A stretch of 59,032 nucleotides of DNA, counting the filler, from Actinomycetota bacterium (GTDB taxonomy: Bacteria > Actinomycetota > Actinomycetes > JAKEEW01), in assembly GCA_046725875.1 (NCBI GenBank). It is 4 parts of 4 records of this genome, joined end to end, with 100 filler letters (N's around TTAATTAATTAA, not from the genome) between each part and the next. Parts side by side here need not be neighbours in the genome. Positions count along the whole stretch, not along the records: positions 13,718 to 35,324 come from JBKOZJ010000173.1; 3 more parts are not named here. One strand, 5' to 3'. Below are positions 23,392-32,661 of this stretch, in pieces (positions within the stretch are counted from its first letter, which is position 1; the number at the start of each line of letters is the position of its first letter). Under the pieces are notes generated by a model that did not search any database, was not told the DNA's origin, and saw nothing but the letters and a program-made list of their open reading frames with translations. Made by a program: the position numbers and the translations under genes.

Positions 23392-24093
23392 ATGAGTGAC
23401 AGGGTCGGTCCGGAGCCGCAGTACGAAGTGTTCGCCGACGAGTTCCTCGACCACGCCCTTGATAGCTTCTACAACGCGCACTACGACCGGCCGGTCTGTT
23501 TGGACCTGCTTGGCGATGTCCTCGGACGCCGGGTGCTGGACGCCGCGTGTGGTCCCGGCCTGTACGCGGAGGTGCTGGTGGCCCGCGGCGCGCAGGTCAT
23601 CGGGTTCGATCACAGCCCCCGCATGATCGACCTCTGCCGTGAGCGGGTCCCGTCGGGTGAGTTCCGCGTTCACGACCTAGCGAACCCCTTGGACTGGCTG
23701 CCCGACTCCTCCGTCGACCTGGTCCTGCTCGCGTTGGCGATCGAGTACGTCGACGACCGGATCGCGGCGCTGCGCGAGCTGCACCGTGTGTTGCGTCCCG
23801 GCGGGGCGCTTGTCCTGTCGCGGCAGCACCCAACTGGTGAGTGGCTGCGGCACGGCGGCAGCTACTTCGACGTCCGCGTCATCAAGGAGGTGTGGAGCAA
23901 GGGCTGGACGGTGCACTACTGGCTGGCACCCCTCGAGCGGACATGCGAAGAACTGTTCTATGCCGGCTTCCTCATCGAAAGGCTGCTCGAACCGCGTCCG
24001 ACGCCAACGGCCGCCGAGATCGACCCCGCGGACTATCAACGCCTGTCTCGCGAGCCGAGAGGCTTCCTGGCCCTGCGGGCCGTGCCACGCTAA
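23392..24093 (+). CDS. Class I SAM-dependent methyltransferase
   Basis: VLDAACGPG, ELHRVLRPGG. Confidence 0.9.
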   Translation: MSDRVGPEPQYEVFADEFLDHALDSFYNAHYDRPVCLDLLGDVLGRRVLDAACGPGLYAEVLVARGAQVIGFDHSPRMIDLCRERVPSGEFRVHDLANPLDWLPDSSVDLVLLALAIEYVDDRIAALRELHRVLRPGGALVLSRQHPTGEWLRHGGSYFDVRVIKEVWSKGWTVHYWLAPLERTCEELFYAGFLIERLLEPRPTPTAAEIDPADYQRLSREPRGFLALRAVPR

Positions 24094-24412
24094 CGGCCTT
24101 TGGGACCCGCCTCCGGAAAGCACCGCGAAGCTCGCCATGCCGTCGTGCGGGCGAGCAACGCCTCATGTGAGGGGCCTCACCAAGCAGTGGGTGAGGCCCC
24201 GCGCCGGCTGGTCCAGGCAGGCGTGGTTCGACGTATCCGAGCCGCGGACATACCCTCCATGCAGCGGACACGGGTTCGCCGGACACCCCTCGTTCGCAAT
24301 CCGCGCCGCGAGTCGTCGCCAGGCCCAGCCGCACCTTGCAGCGTGTTGCTCCCGTCATAGCGCCGCAAGCCGGCCGACTGCCTGCCCTTCCTAAGCTGGG
24401 CAGACTCGTGGC

Positions 24413-25183
24413 ATGACGCGAGGCATTGCCCTGGTCCGCCGACCCAGCGGCCGGCTGGCCGAAGGGCTCGTCACCCACATCGAGCGCAGCGACGTCGACG
24501 TCGCGCACGCCCGGTGCCAGCACGAGGCGTACCGGGCCGCGCTCGCCGAAGCCGGCTGGGACGTGCGCGAGGTAACCCCCGCCGACCACTGCCCCGACTC
24601 AGTGTTCGTCGAAGACACCGTCGTAGTCTGCGACGGCCTAGCGGTGATCACTCGGCCGGGCGCGCCACAGCGCCGTCCGGAGACCATGGGCACGGAGACC
24701 GCTGTACGCGACGTCGGGCTCGAGTTCGTGCGCATCAAGCCTTCCGGGACGCTGGACGGCGGCGACGTACTGCAGGTCGGTAGCACCGTGTACGTAGGCC
24801 TAGGCGGCCGCACCAACGGCGAGGGGGTGTCCCAGCTGCGCGGTCACGTGGCAACCCGCGTGCGCAGTGTAGTCCCGGTCCCGCTGCACAACGTGCTGCA
24901 CCTCAAGTCGGCCGTAACCGCGCTGCCGGACGACACCCTGCTTGCGCGGCCGGAACTGCTCGACGCGACCGCGCTTCAGCAGTCGGTGCGCGTGGTCGAC
25001 GAGGATGCTGGCTGCCACGTCGTACCGCTCGGTGATGACCTCGTGCTACTGGCCGCGTCGGCGCCGCGCACCGCGGCGCTCGTGGCCGACCTCGGCTTCA
25101 CGCCGGTCGCCGTCGACATCGGCGAGTACGAGAAGCTCGAGGGTTGCGTCACCTGCCTAAGCGTGCTGATCCCCGGCCTCTGA
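24413..25183 (+). CDS. ddaH: Dimethylargininase
   Basis: PDSVFVED, LDGGD, LHLKS, EGCVTCLS. Confidence 0.92.
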   Translation: MTRGIALVRRPSGRLAEGLVTHIERSDVDVAHARCQHEAYRAALAEAGWDVREVTPADHCPDSVFVEDTVVVCDGLAVITRPGAPQRRPETMGTETAVRDVGLEFVRIKPSGTLDGGDVLQVGSTVYVGLGGRTNGEGVSQLRGHVATRVRSVVPVPLHNVLHLKSAVTALPDDTLLARPELLDATALQQSVRVVDEDAGCHVVPLGDDLVLLAASAPRTAALVADLGFTPVAVDIGEYEKLEGCVTCLSVLIPGL

Positions 25184-25280
25184 CCCGCGCCCCAGCCGGC
25201 CGGCCGGGCCCGGTCGCGGCACCAGTCGCGGCACGTCCGGATGTTTGTTTGACGAACGGGCATCGGCGCGCCTTGCCGAT

Positions 25281-26081
25281 TCATCGGAACGCTGACCCAC
25301 GGGCGGACGGACTTGGATGGCTCTGGGGAAGGCGCCGGCGGTCGCGTCGCTGGGACTTCTCGAAGACAGCGATCTGGCTGGTGCTATCCGAGGTGAACGG
25401 CTGGCGCTGCCAGCTCGCCCACCGTTCCCGCAGCCGAAAGCCGGCAATCACGCCCATGAGCTCCAGCTCAGACGGCCAGACGTAGCGGTAGGGCGCGGAA
25501 TGCCGAATGAGGCGCCCCCGCACGTGCATCCAGTGGTGCGACCACGCGATCTGCCCGGCCAGGTCGTCGAACGTCTCGATCCCGACATGGTCCGAGTCGA
25601 GCCTGAACACGCGGGCCGGGTCCCCGGGCGGCACGTGCTGCAACTGCGGAACGATCACCTCGACGACGAAGCAGCCGTCGGGGTCCAGGTGAGCAGCCGC
25701 GTTCGCGAAGACCGCCAACTGCTCCTCCTGCGTCGTCACGTTCATGATCGTGTTGGCCACCAGGTACACCAGCGAGAAGGAGCCCGGAACGCGGGTCGTG
25801 GTCATATCGCCGATCGTCACTGGCACAGCCTCCGCGCCGGGTTTCGCCCGCAGTCGCTCCGCCATGTGCGGGGAAAGCTCGATACCGTGCACCGGTACGC
25901 CACGCTCGGCCAGCGGCAAAGCCACGCGACCCGTACCCACCGCGAACTCCACCGCCGGCCCACCCCGTGCCAGGTCGGCCAGAAAATCCACAAGAGGATC
26001 AAGCACGGCCCGGTCGAACCCCGCGGCGTACGTCTCGTCGTACACCCGCGCGATGTCGGGACCCCAGGTGATCGACACCAT
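25281..26081 (-). CDS. Class I SAM-dependent methyltransferase
   Basis: EFAVGTGR, GIELS, GDM, RYVWPSELELM. Confidence 0.88.
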   Translation of the reverse strand: MVSITWGPDIARVYDETYAAGFDRAVLDPLVDFLADLARGGPAVEFAVGTGRVALPLAERGVPVHGIELSPHMAERLRAKPGAEAVPVTIGDMTTTRVPGSFSLVYLVANTIMNVTTQEEQLAVFANAAAHLDPDGCFVVEVIVPQLQHVPPGDPARVFRLDSDHVGIETFDDLAGQIAWSHHWMHVRGRLIRHSAPYRYVWPSELELMGVIAGFRLRERWASWQRQPFTSDSTSQIAVFEKSQRRDRRRLPQSHPSPSARGSAFR

Positions 26082-26278
26082 CGGGGACAGTCTGCGGCGG
26101 GCCCGGCACGTCCGGCCACCACATTTCTCACGTGATAGCCGTCACGGCAACTGCCCTAACCGCCTCGTGAGGGCGCGCCGTCATCGGCATGGTCGCGAGT
26201 GGCGATGTCTGAGGGCGTTGCTGCACGGGACGTCAAGGATGCTGATGGCAGCGCATCGCTCGCATCTCGGCGTGATCG

Positions 26279-28267
26279 CTATGACGATTGAGCCGCGGAC
26301 GCAGGCGCTTCTGCTGGAGTGTCAGTGTGCTGGTGGTTCGCCATGGGCAAGTGACCGACTCCGGCGAGTTCGAGGCGGGACGATGGAGGCTGCACCGTCG
26401 GAGCCTCAGCGGAGCCGTTATGAGCAACCGGTACCAACTCTGGTTTTAGGCCGCTGTCGGTGTAGATGGTCCGGCCCGGCTCCTGAGTGTCGTCGTGCGA
26501 GCGCCAGTGCATGACGTAGGTGAGCCATTCGTCACCGCGCAGCGCTTTAAGAATCAAAGGCAGTCTGTGGCCCTCGTCCGGCAATTGCTGGATCACGAGA
26601 TCTCTGCCATGTGCGGTTCTACTTGCTGCGAGCAGCTCGGTTGCAGTCCTAATGCCCGCACGACGCAGCTGTCGGCGGTCGGCAGTGGTGACGTGCTGGT
26701 AGAGCAGCGCTTGGTCAAGCCAGTCGATCAACCGTGAGGCAGGAATCCGCGAACTCAGCATGAGGTCGACAAGGTCGTGCCTGGCCAGGGCCTGGATGCT
26801 GGTGATCCCTTCCTCAGCTAGCCGGGTCCGCTCGTAGATGCTGATGCCGTCCAGGGCGAGGAGCGGGGAACGGTCCTCGAACTCGTTGAGCGGCTCCGTG
26901 CCTGAGCTGCTCGTCGCTTGACCGCCGGCAGCTTGACGGTTGTCGGCTGACCGCCGAGAGACCCATCGCAGCTTTACCTGCGGGGGGACATCGCGGATAT
27001 ACCGCAGCACGGTGTCCGGAACGATGCCAGCCAGGAAGGATGCAGCCAGAACCCACGTCGGTGCGCCGAACAGTCCCTGCAGCATCCAGGCGAGGATGAC
27101 GGCGACGAGGATACGGACGGTCACGACATTGTAGGTCTTCGGCCGCAGGTCGCCTCGGACGTAGCCGAGCAGTGCCACCTGAGCGGCGAAGAAGTATGCG
27201 CCGAGGAACGCGCAGGTCATTGGCGTGAAGGCAGGCTGAATGAACTGCTGGATGAGCGAAAGCTCCTGGGCCGGACCTGTGTTGCTGACAAGGCTGCCGT
27301 TCCGGACCGAGACGTCAGCGGGGGTGTTGAGCAGGACCGCGATCCAGCCCAGGGCGAGCAAAAAGGTGACGACGTACAAAGGGCTGCGAGTCGTCGTCCG
27401 TTTCTTCTCGGTTGCCACCCCGCTGTCAAAGGACGCTCCGTAGAATTCCTCCACCCGCCGGCCGTACTTTGCATCAACGTCGGACAGGGTGTGCAGAGTT
27501 GGGTCTAGCCGGAACGCGTGGTGCACCCAGCGATCCATGAGCGTGGTGAGCTTCTCGCGATCGAACTGGAAATACATGAGGCCGGGAATCAACGCCAAGA
27601 CGACCACCAGGGCGATCTGAAGGCCGCGAGCCACAATGACCGGATAGCTGCTCTCGTCACCGACGAGATCAACATGCACCCAGCCAGACACCGACAGAAT
27701 CTCAGATAGCTCGCTGCCGTAGTAGATGGCTACCGCCGGGCCGAGGATGCCGACCGCCAGGACGATCAGCAGAGCGAGCTTCTGCAGAGCGCTTAGGGCC
27801 ACATCCTTGGTGAACTGCCAGCCACTGAGGCGCCGACCAACCTCACGGGTCACCGCTGGATCGTCGTCTGTCTCATATACGGGGCGATTCAGCGCGGCGG
27901 CAGTAACGATGCAGAGGACGGCGATGACTCCCGCCGCAGCGGCAAGCCACCACCGCCGCGGATCCGACAGCACCATCGCAACGGCCCCGACCACGGACAC
28001 AACGGCGATCAACGTCAGCCAGGCGGTAGCCCAGACCCTCGTCGACCTGACCGGCTCCTTCTCCCAAGCAACAGCGCGGTCGGTATACGCATGCACGGCC
28101 GCCTGACCAAGGTACTGGTAGGGCCGATAATCGACGCGAACCTGCTGCAGGGGAGCCAGCTTCAGCGTATGCGTCCCAATGATCTCCAGCCTTCTCGGCA
28201 TCTGGTTCCGGATCAGGAAGGTCGACCGCTCTTCAACCTCTGGCAAGAACTTATTGCGGACGGACAT
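26279..28267 (-). CDS. Multi-pass membrane protein with C-terminal helix-hairpin-helix-like region, function unknown
   Basis: 662-aa ORF, about 8 hydrophobic segments, LDGIS..RLAEEGITSIQALA and LRRAGIRTATELL repeats; GGGGGGA SD. Confidence 0.75.
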   Translation of the reverse strand: MSVRNKFLPEVEERSTFLIRNQMPRRLEIIGTHTLKLAPLQQVRVDYRPYQYLGQAAVHAYTDRAVAWEKEPVRSTRVWATAWLTLIAVVSVVGAVAMVLSDPRRWWLAAAAGVIAVLCIVTAAALNRPVYETDDDPAVTREVGRRLSGWQFTKDVALSALQKLALLIVLAVGILGPAVAIYYGSELSEILSVSGWVHVDLVGDESSYPVIVARGLQIALVVVLALIPGLMYFQFDREKLTTLMDRWVHHAFRLDPTLHTLSDVDAKYGRRVEEFYGASFDSGVATEKKRTTTRSPLYVVTFLLALGWIAVLLNTPADVSVRNGSLVSNTGPAQELSLIQQFIQPAFTPMTCAFLGAYFFAAQVALLGYVRGDLRPKTYNVVTVRILVAVILAWMLQGLFGAPTWVLAASFLAGIVPDTVLRYIRDVPPQVKLRWVSRRSADNRQAAGGQATSSSGTEPLNEFEDRSPLLALDGISIYERTRLAEEGITSIQALARHDLVDLMLSSRIPASRLIDWLDQALLYQHVTTADRRQLRRAGIRTATELLAASRTAHGRDLVIQQLPDEGHRLPLILKALRGDEWLTYVMHWRSHDDTQEPGRTIYTDSGLKPELVPVAHNGSAEAPTVQPPSSRLELAGVGHLPMANHQHTDTPAEAPASAAQSS

Positions 28268-28618
28268 GATCCCCCCAGCGATGTATCAACCGACATGAGC
28301 GACATATGGTCCGGTTACGCGATCTACAAGATCGAGCGGCCGCTACGGCATCTAGAGGTTGCAGCGACCCGGCTGATACGAGCTATGGGGCACCGTTCGA
28401 TAACGATTCCGCACACTCGCCGGCTAACGGCCATACGTCGCTCGGGTGAGGACTCCTGGGGTCGGCGCCCCGGCGAGCGCCGCGACACCCGACGACGTGT
28501 TGGTGGCAGCTCGTCGATCAGGCTGTGCCGATGGGGAACTGAAGCAAGTCCCAAATCCAGGAGGCGTGTGTGTCGTGGTCCGCGTGCCGCGAGAGCCCTA
28601 GACACGAACGGGACCGGA

Positions 28619-29422
28619 TCATCGCGCCGGGCCGTCTCGAATCACACCGCGCACCTCGTCCAGCGAGACTCCCGGTTCCAATTCGGTCATCCACCAAGTG
28701 GCACCTGCCTCGACGTATGGGGCGACGTCGCGGCCGGGACGAAGCTCGACGGCGACCTCGTAGGGCGCCGTGGTGTCCCCCCGTAGATCGCGGACTGCTG
28801 CCACGGCTTGCGCGAATTGATCCACACCTTCGAGGTTGACCGGGAAGAAGCCGTCGTAACGGGCCGCTCGGCGCAGTGGCTTGACGTTGCCCGGGAACGC
28901 CGCGGCCCACACCGGTATCCGCGGCCGTTGCACCGGCCGAGGCAGGAACTGCACGTCATCGACGAGGTAATGCCTGCCGCGATGGTTGACCGGCTCGCCG
29001 GACCAGGCGGCCACAAGGATCGCGAGTGCCTCGTCGAGCATCTCGCCCCGCGCTCGATCGTCGACCTGCTCCCCGGTCTTTGAGAACTCGCCGGCGAACT
29101 GGTCCCCGCCCAGACCCACGCCGAGGATGAGGCGGCCACCGCTGAGCCGATCCAGCGTCGCGGTTTCCCGTGCCACCTTGGCCGGGCGGCGGCGCGCCAG
29201 CGGGGTGACCATGGGGCCCAGCATCACCTGCTCGGTCGCGGCCGCGATCGCCGCCAAGGTGATCCACGGATCGGCCACTTGCTTTATCGGCTCACGCCAG
29301 CGGAGCTGATCCCACACGAACACCCCGTGCCAGCCTCGCTCCTCCGCGTCGGCGGCCAGACGCGCCACCACCCGCGGGTCGGCAAGCTCCTCGAACAGGG
29401 GCAGCCACAGACCAGAGCGCAT
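28619..29422 (-). CDS. LLM-class flavin-dependent oxidoreductase
   Basis: DPWITLAAIA, TLDRLSGGRLILGVGLG, PRPVQRPRIPVW. Confidence 0.92.
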   Translation of the reverse strand: MRSGLWLPLFEELADPRVVARLAADAEERGWHGVFVWDQLRWREPIKQVADPWITLAAIAAATEQVMLGPMVTPLARRRPAKVARETATLDRLSGGRLILGVGLGGDQFAGEFSKTGEQVDDRARGEMLDEALAILVAAWSGEPVNHRGRHYLVDDVQFLPRPVQRPRIPVWAAAFPGNVKPLRRAARYDGFFPVNLEGVDQFAQAVAAVRDLRGDTTAPYEVAVELRPGRDVAPYVEAGATWWMTELEPGVSLDEVRGVIRDGPAR

Positions 29423-29426
29423 GTCG

Positions 29427-30107
29427 CTACGAAAGGAAGCCATGGAGTCGATCGGCGAGCTCTTTGGGCCGGCTCAAGGCGACGCAGTGCCCGCTATCGA
29501 TCTCGTCGGGAGTGATTCCCAGCCGTTCTGTGACGACCCGACGCAACCAGTCGACGGGAAACAGGCGGTCGTCGCGACACACCAACACCCTCGTCGGAAC
29601 GTCCGGCCACGCCCTCAGCGGCGAAGGCTCCGTCATGCGCGCTTCGGACTGGTGCCGCCCGCGCCGCACGGCCTCCGCCGCGAGGTCGGCGGGAACGTCG
29701 TGATAGAAGGTGGCGATCGTCCCCGCCTGCTCCTCATCCACGGGGTCACCACGTTCGGCGTCCTCGGATCTCGACGCCGCATAGTGCGTGTTTGCCCAAT
29801 AATCGTTCGGCGCCTCACCCGGAGCGGGGACCATCGCCGCCACCAACACCATCAGATCAACCGGCACCCGTTCGCACACCAGCGGCGCGGTGAACCCACC
29901 GAAGGACTGCGCCACCAGCACGAGATCCCGGCGGTCTCCGATTGCTGTGAGCACCGTATCGGCGTACTCGGGCAATCCGGCGGAGTCCTCGTCGCACGGC
30001 AGATCCATGGCGACGACCTCGTGGCCGCGATCACGAAGCTCGGGCTCCAGAAGATGCCAGTACCAAGCGGTGTCCCCCGCACCGTGGATCAACACGAACG
30101 TGGCCAA
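29427..30107 (-). CDS. Alpha/beta hydrolase (Abhydrolase_6-like)
   Basis: TFVLIHGAG, AQSFGG, DSGH; TTG start after GAGGAGG. Confidence 0.88.
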   Translation of the reverse strand: MATFVLIHGAGDTAWYWHLLEPELRDRGHEVVAMDLPCDEDSAGLPEYADTVLTAIGDRRDLVLVAQSFGGFTAPLVCERVPVDLMVLVAAMVPAPGEAPNDYWANTHYAASRSEDAERGDPVDEEQAGTIATFYHDVPADLAAEAVRRGRHQSEARMTEPSPLRAWPDVPTRVLVCRDDRLFPVDWLRRVVTERLGITPDEIDSGHCVALSRPKELADRLHGFLS

Positions 30108-30182
30108 ACCAGCCTCCTCGACTCGGTCAATAAACAAGGACTCCTCCTCGACCCAAAACTCATCGAAAGCCAGTGCTCTGCC

Positions 30183-30188
30183 TATGAT
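30183..30188 (+). promoter_or_regulatory. -10 box for a leaderless transcript
   Basis: TATGAT lies 7 nt upstream of the uORF GTG at 30196. Confidence 0.6.
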
Positions 30189-30195
30189 TGACAGC

Positions 30196-30279
30196 GTGAG
30201 CATCACGCGTACTCAGCGATTTGGTCGCCCCGGCTGGTGGAGGAACGCCACCCGGGCGACTGCTACGCCCACCAACTGA
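30196..30279 (+). CDS. Putative Trp-containing leader peptide MSITRTQRFGRPGWWRNATRATATPTN
   Basis: Leaderless GTG, tandem TGG TGG at 30235-30240, stop 82 nt before the ligase start, codons embedded in alternative helices. Confidence 0.65.
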   Translation: MSITRTQRFGRPGWWRNATRATATPTN

Positions 30280-30355
30280 CACCCTGTGGCTCACAGCTCC
30301 GCCTCCGCTGGCCGGGGACTTCTGCACCCACCGTCCCCACTCCTGCCTCGGAGGC
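30224..30355 (+). promoter_or_regulatory. Putative ribosome-mediated attenuator / SD sequestrator
   Basis: 30224-30240 pairs with 30248-30260; 30228-30243 pairs with 30302-30317; 30301-30319 pairs with 30333-30338 and the SD 30349-30355. Confidence 0.6.
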
Positions 30356-30361
30356 TTAGTC

Positions 30362-31594
30362 ATGTCCCCCACCCTCTTGCGCCCCGATGCGCTCGGGCGA
30401 GATTTGTCGATCCGGGATCTCACGGATCCCACGCAGGGACCACATGCTGTCCAGTTGCTCCTCGAGGAGATCGTTTCGTCGCTGCAGCGGGGGTGGCCGC
30501 AGACCGAGGTCCAGGTCGTACTCGGCGACCGCGTCGTGACCCTCGCCGACAACTACTGGCATCTCGGGTACGCAGCGGACGCGGTGACCGTCGACTCCCG
30601 CTATACGCGCTACGTCGATGACAGCCGCGTCCTCCGCAGCCACTCCTCGGCGCTAATCCCGCCCGCCTTGCGGGCCCTGGCCAAATCCGCACCTGCTGAA
30701 CCAGCCGGCATGGACGTCCTGCTCGTCTGCCCGGGCCTCTGCTATCGCCGGGATGCGGTGGACCGGTTGCACACCGGCACGCCACATCAAGTCGATTTGT
30801 GGCGGGTCAGCAATCGGCGCCACCTTGCTGAAACCGACCTCGAGGAAATGATCACCAGCGTGGTGACAGGTGCATTGCCCAATGCGTCGTGGCGTACGGT
30901 CGCGACCGGGCATCCGTACACCATCGGTGGTCGTCAGATCGATGCGGCGATCCCGACCGAGAGCGGGCACGCCGGCGGACCGGACGGGATCGACGGGGAA
31001 CAGTGGGTCGAGATCGGCGAATGCGGCCTCGCCGCGCCGGCGGTGCTTTCAGGCTCTGGCCTCCGTTCCGCCGGCTCCCAGCTCGGAGCCGGAAGCGGTT
31101 CCCAGACGCCGCACTCAGACATGCCAAGTCGGACATGGACTGGGCTTGCGATGGGACTCGGCCTGGACCGGCTGCTCATGCTCCGCAAGGGGATTCCGGA
31201 CATCCGGTTGCTTCGCTCGTCCGATCCGCGGATTGCTGCCCAGTTGCTGGATCTCCGGCCCTATCAGGCAGTCTCCACGCTCCCGCCGGTCCATCGCGAC
31301 GTGTCTGTCGCGGTGGACGCTGATGCCGAGATCAGCGCCGAGGCTCTCGGGGATCGGGTGAGGGAGGCGCTAGGCGCCGATGCCGACGCCGTCGAGTCGG
31401 TCGCCCTGCTTGCCGTCGCCAGCTATGCCGACTTGCCTGACGTCGCACGGGGGCGGCTGGAGATGCAACCAGGGCAGCGGAATCTGCTGACGCGCATCGT
31501 GCTGCGGCCTTGGGATCGTACGCTGACCGACGCCGAGGCGAACCAGCTGCGGGACCGAATCTATGTCGCGCTCCATCAAGGGGGTGGTGGGTAG
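30362..31594 (+). CDS. srmL: PheS-related single-chain class II aaRS-like ligase with FDX-ACB domain (SrmL-like family, name recalled)
   Basis: Motif 2 YRRDAVDRLH..HQVD, WVEIGECG, motif 3 GLAMGLGLDRLLML, IPDIRLL, C-terminal RDVS...RTLTDAEAN; GGAGG SD. Confidence 0.85.
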   Translation: MSPTLLRPDALGRDLSIRDLTDPTQGPHAVQLLLEEIVSSLQRGWPQTEVQVVLGDRVVTLADNYWHLGYAADAVTVDSRYTRYVDDSRVLRSHSSALIPPALRALAKSAPAEPAGMDVLLVCPGLCYRRDAVDRLHTGTPHQVDLWRVSNRRHLAETDLEEMITSVVTGALPNASWRTVATGHPYTIGGRQIDAAIPTESGHAGGPDGIDGEQWVEIGECGLAAPAVLSGSGLRSAGSQLGAGSGSQTPHSDMPSRTWTGLAMGLGLDRLLMLRKGIPDIRLLRSSDPRIAAQLLDLRPYQAVSTLPPVHRDVSVAVDADAEISAEALGDRVREALGADADAVESVALLAVASYADLPDVARGRLEMQPGQRNLLTRIVLRPWDRTLTDAEANQLRDRIYVALHQGGGG

Positions 31595-31650
31595 TCGATC
31601 AGCGCGTTCGTGAACGCCATCCCTGCCGCGCCCGCGCCGACCACCAAATC
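31590..31650 (-). pseudogene. Fragment of an FAD/NAD-binding oxidoreductase N-terminus
   Basis: LVVGAGAAGMAFTNALID GxGxxG motif in isolation. Confidence 0.5.
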
Positions 31651-31961
31651 CGGGGCGAGCGGGTCATCGCCGCAGCCGTCGGCGTCGCCGCCAAGCTCGA
31701 CATCGGCCCAACGCCGGATGAGGCCGAGGCACTCTTGCTCACTCGCGGTGGTGCTCCCCTTCTGACTCGGTCCGGTCTGTCGCTGCCATGGCATCTCGGT
31801 GGTCACGTGGATGGATCTCGCGGACCGCGGGAATGGCCGCAGTTGATCTAGTACCGCTTGTGCGACCACGCCAGCGCGGATCGGCCACCCCCGCAGCGAA
31901 CCTGCGCAAACCCGCCGAAAACCCGTTGGTCGCCCCTCCAGACGTGTTCATACTGCTCACC

Positions 31962-32492
31962 ATGGATCCGGTGACCCTCGAGACGACACGCCTTCTGCTG
32001 CGGTCCTTCACGCCTTCCGACGCCGACATGGTGTACGAAGCCTGCCAAGACGCCGACATTCAGTACTACACCCCGGTGCCGTCGCCGTACCGGCGCGAGG
32101 ATGCCGAAAAATACGTCGGAGAGGAAGTGCCCAAGGGCTGGGCCACGGACTACGACTACATCCTGGGCGCCTTCCGCAAGGACAACGGAGCCCTCGTCGG
32201 CTCCTTCTGCTTGACCAGGCGGGGTCAAGGCGTCTACGAACTCGGCTACTGGGCGGCCAAGGAGCAGCGCGGCCATGGGTACTCCACGGAGGCCGCCCGA
32301 GCGCTGTGCTTCTGGGGCTTCACTGCACTGAAGGCACACCGGATCGAGTGGTGGGCGATGGTCGGGAATGCCGCCTCCCGCGCACTCGCGGAGAAGCTCG
32401 GCTTCACCCTCGAAGGGACCCTTCGCAGCCGCGGCGTCGCCAATGATGGCCAACCGCACGACTGGTGGGTGGGCGGACTACTCAAGCCCTGA
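31962..32492 (+). CDS. GNAT N-acetyltransferase (RimJ/RimL-like)
   Basis: LETTRLLLRSF, ELGYW..RGHGY, N.ASRALAEKLGF..EG. Confidence 0.92.
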   Translation: MDPVTLETTRLLLRSFTPSDADMVYEACQDADIQYYTPVPSPYRREDAEKYVGEEVPKGWATDYDYILGAFRKDNGALVGSFCLTRRGQGVYELGYWAAKEQRGHGYSTEAARALCFWGFTALKAHRIEWWAMVGNAASRALAEKLGFTLEGTLRSRGVANDGQPHDWWVGGLLKP

Positions 32493-32661
32493 CTCCGCCC
32501 TCCGGCGCCAGCCGCCCCTGCGTACCCGCGCCCTTCCAGCAGAACGGACGCGAAGCCTCGGGCTCGGGACGTAGGATTTCGGTCAAGATCGCCTGAGATC
32601 GCTCAATGCAACAGAAGCCGGATGTGGCCGACACTCGACCCGACGGTTTTGGGAGAGGGCG

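Noticed and set aside
30190..30360. T-box riboswitch upstream of the aaRS-like gene
   Set aside because: No T-box consensus (AGGGTGGNACCGCG) or stem I specifier features seen; a uORF attenuator fits better
30362..31594. Calling the gene pheS
   Set aside because: Lacks the N-terminal coiled coil and FPF motif, carries a fused FDX-ACB domain and has no adjacent pheT
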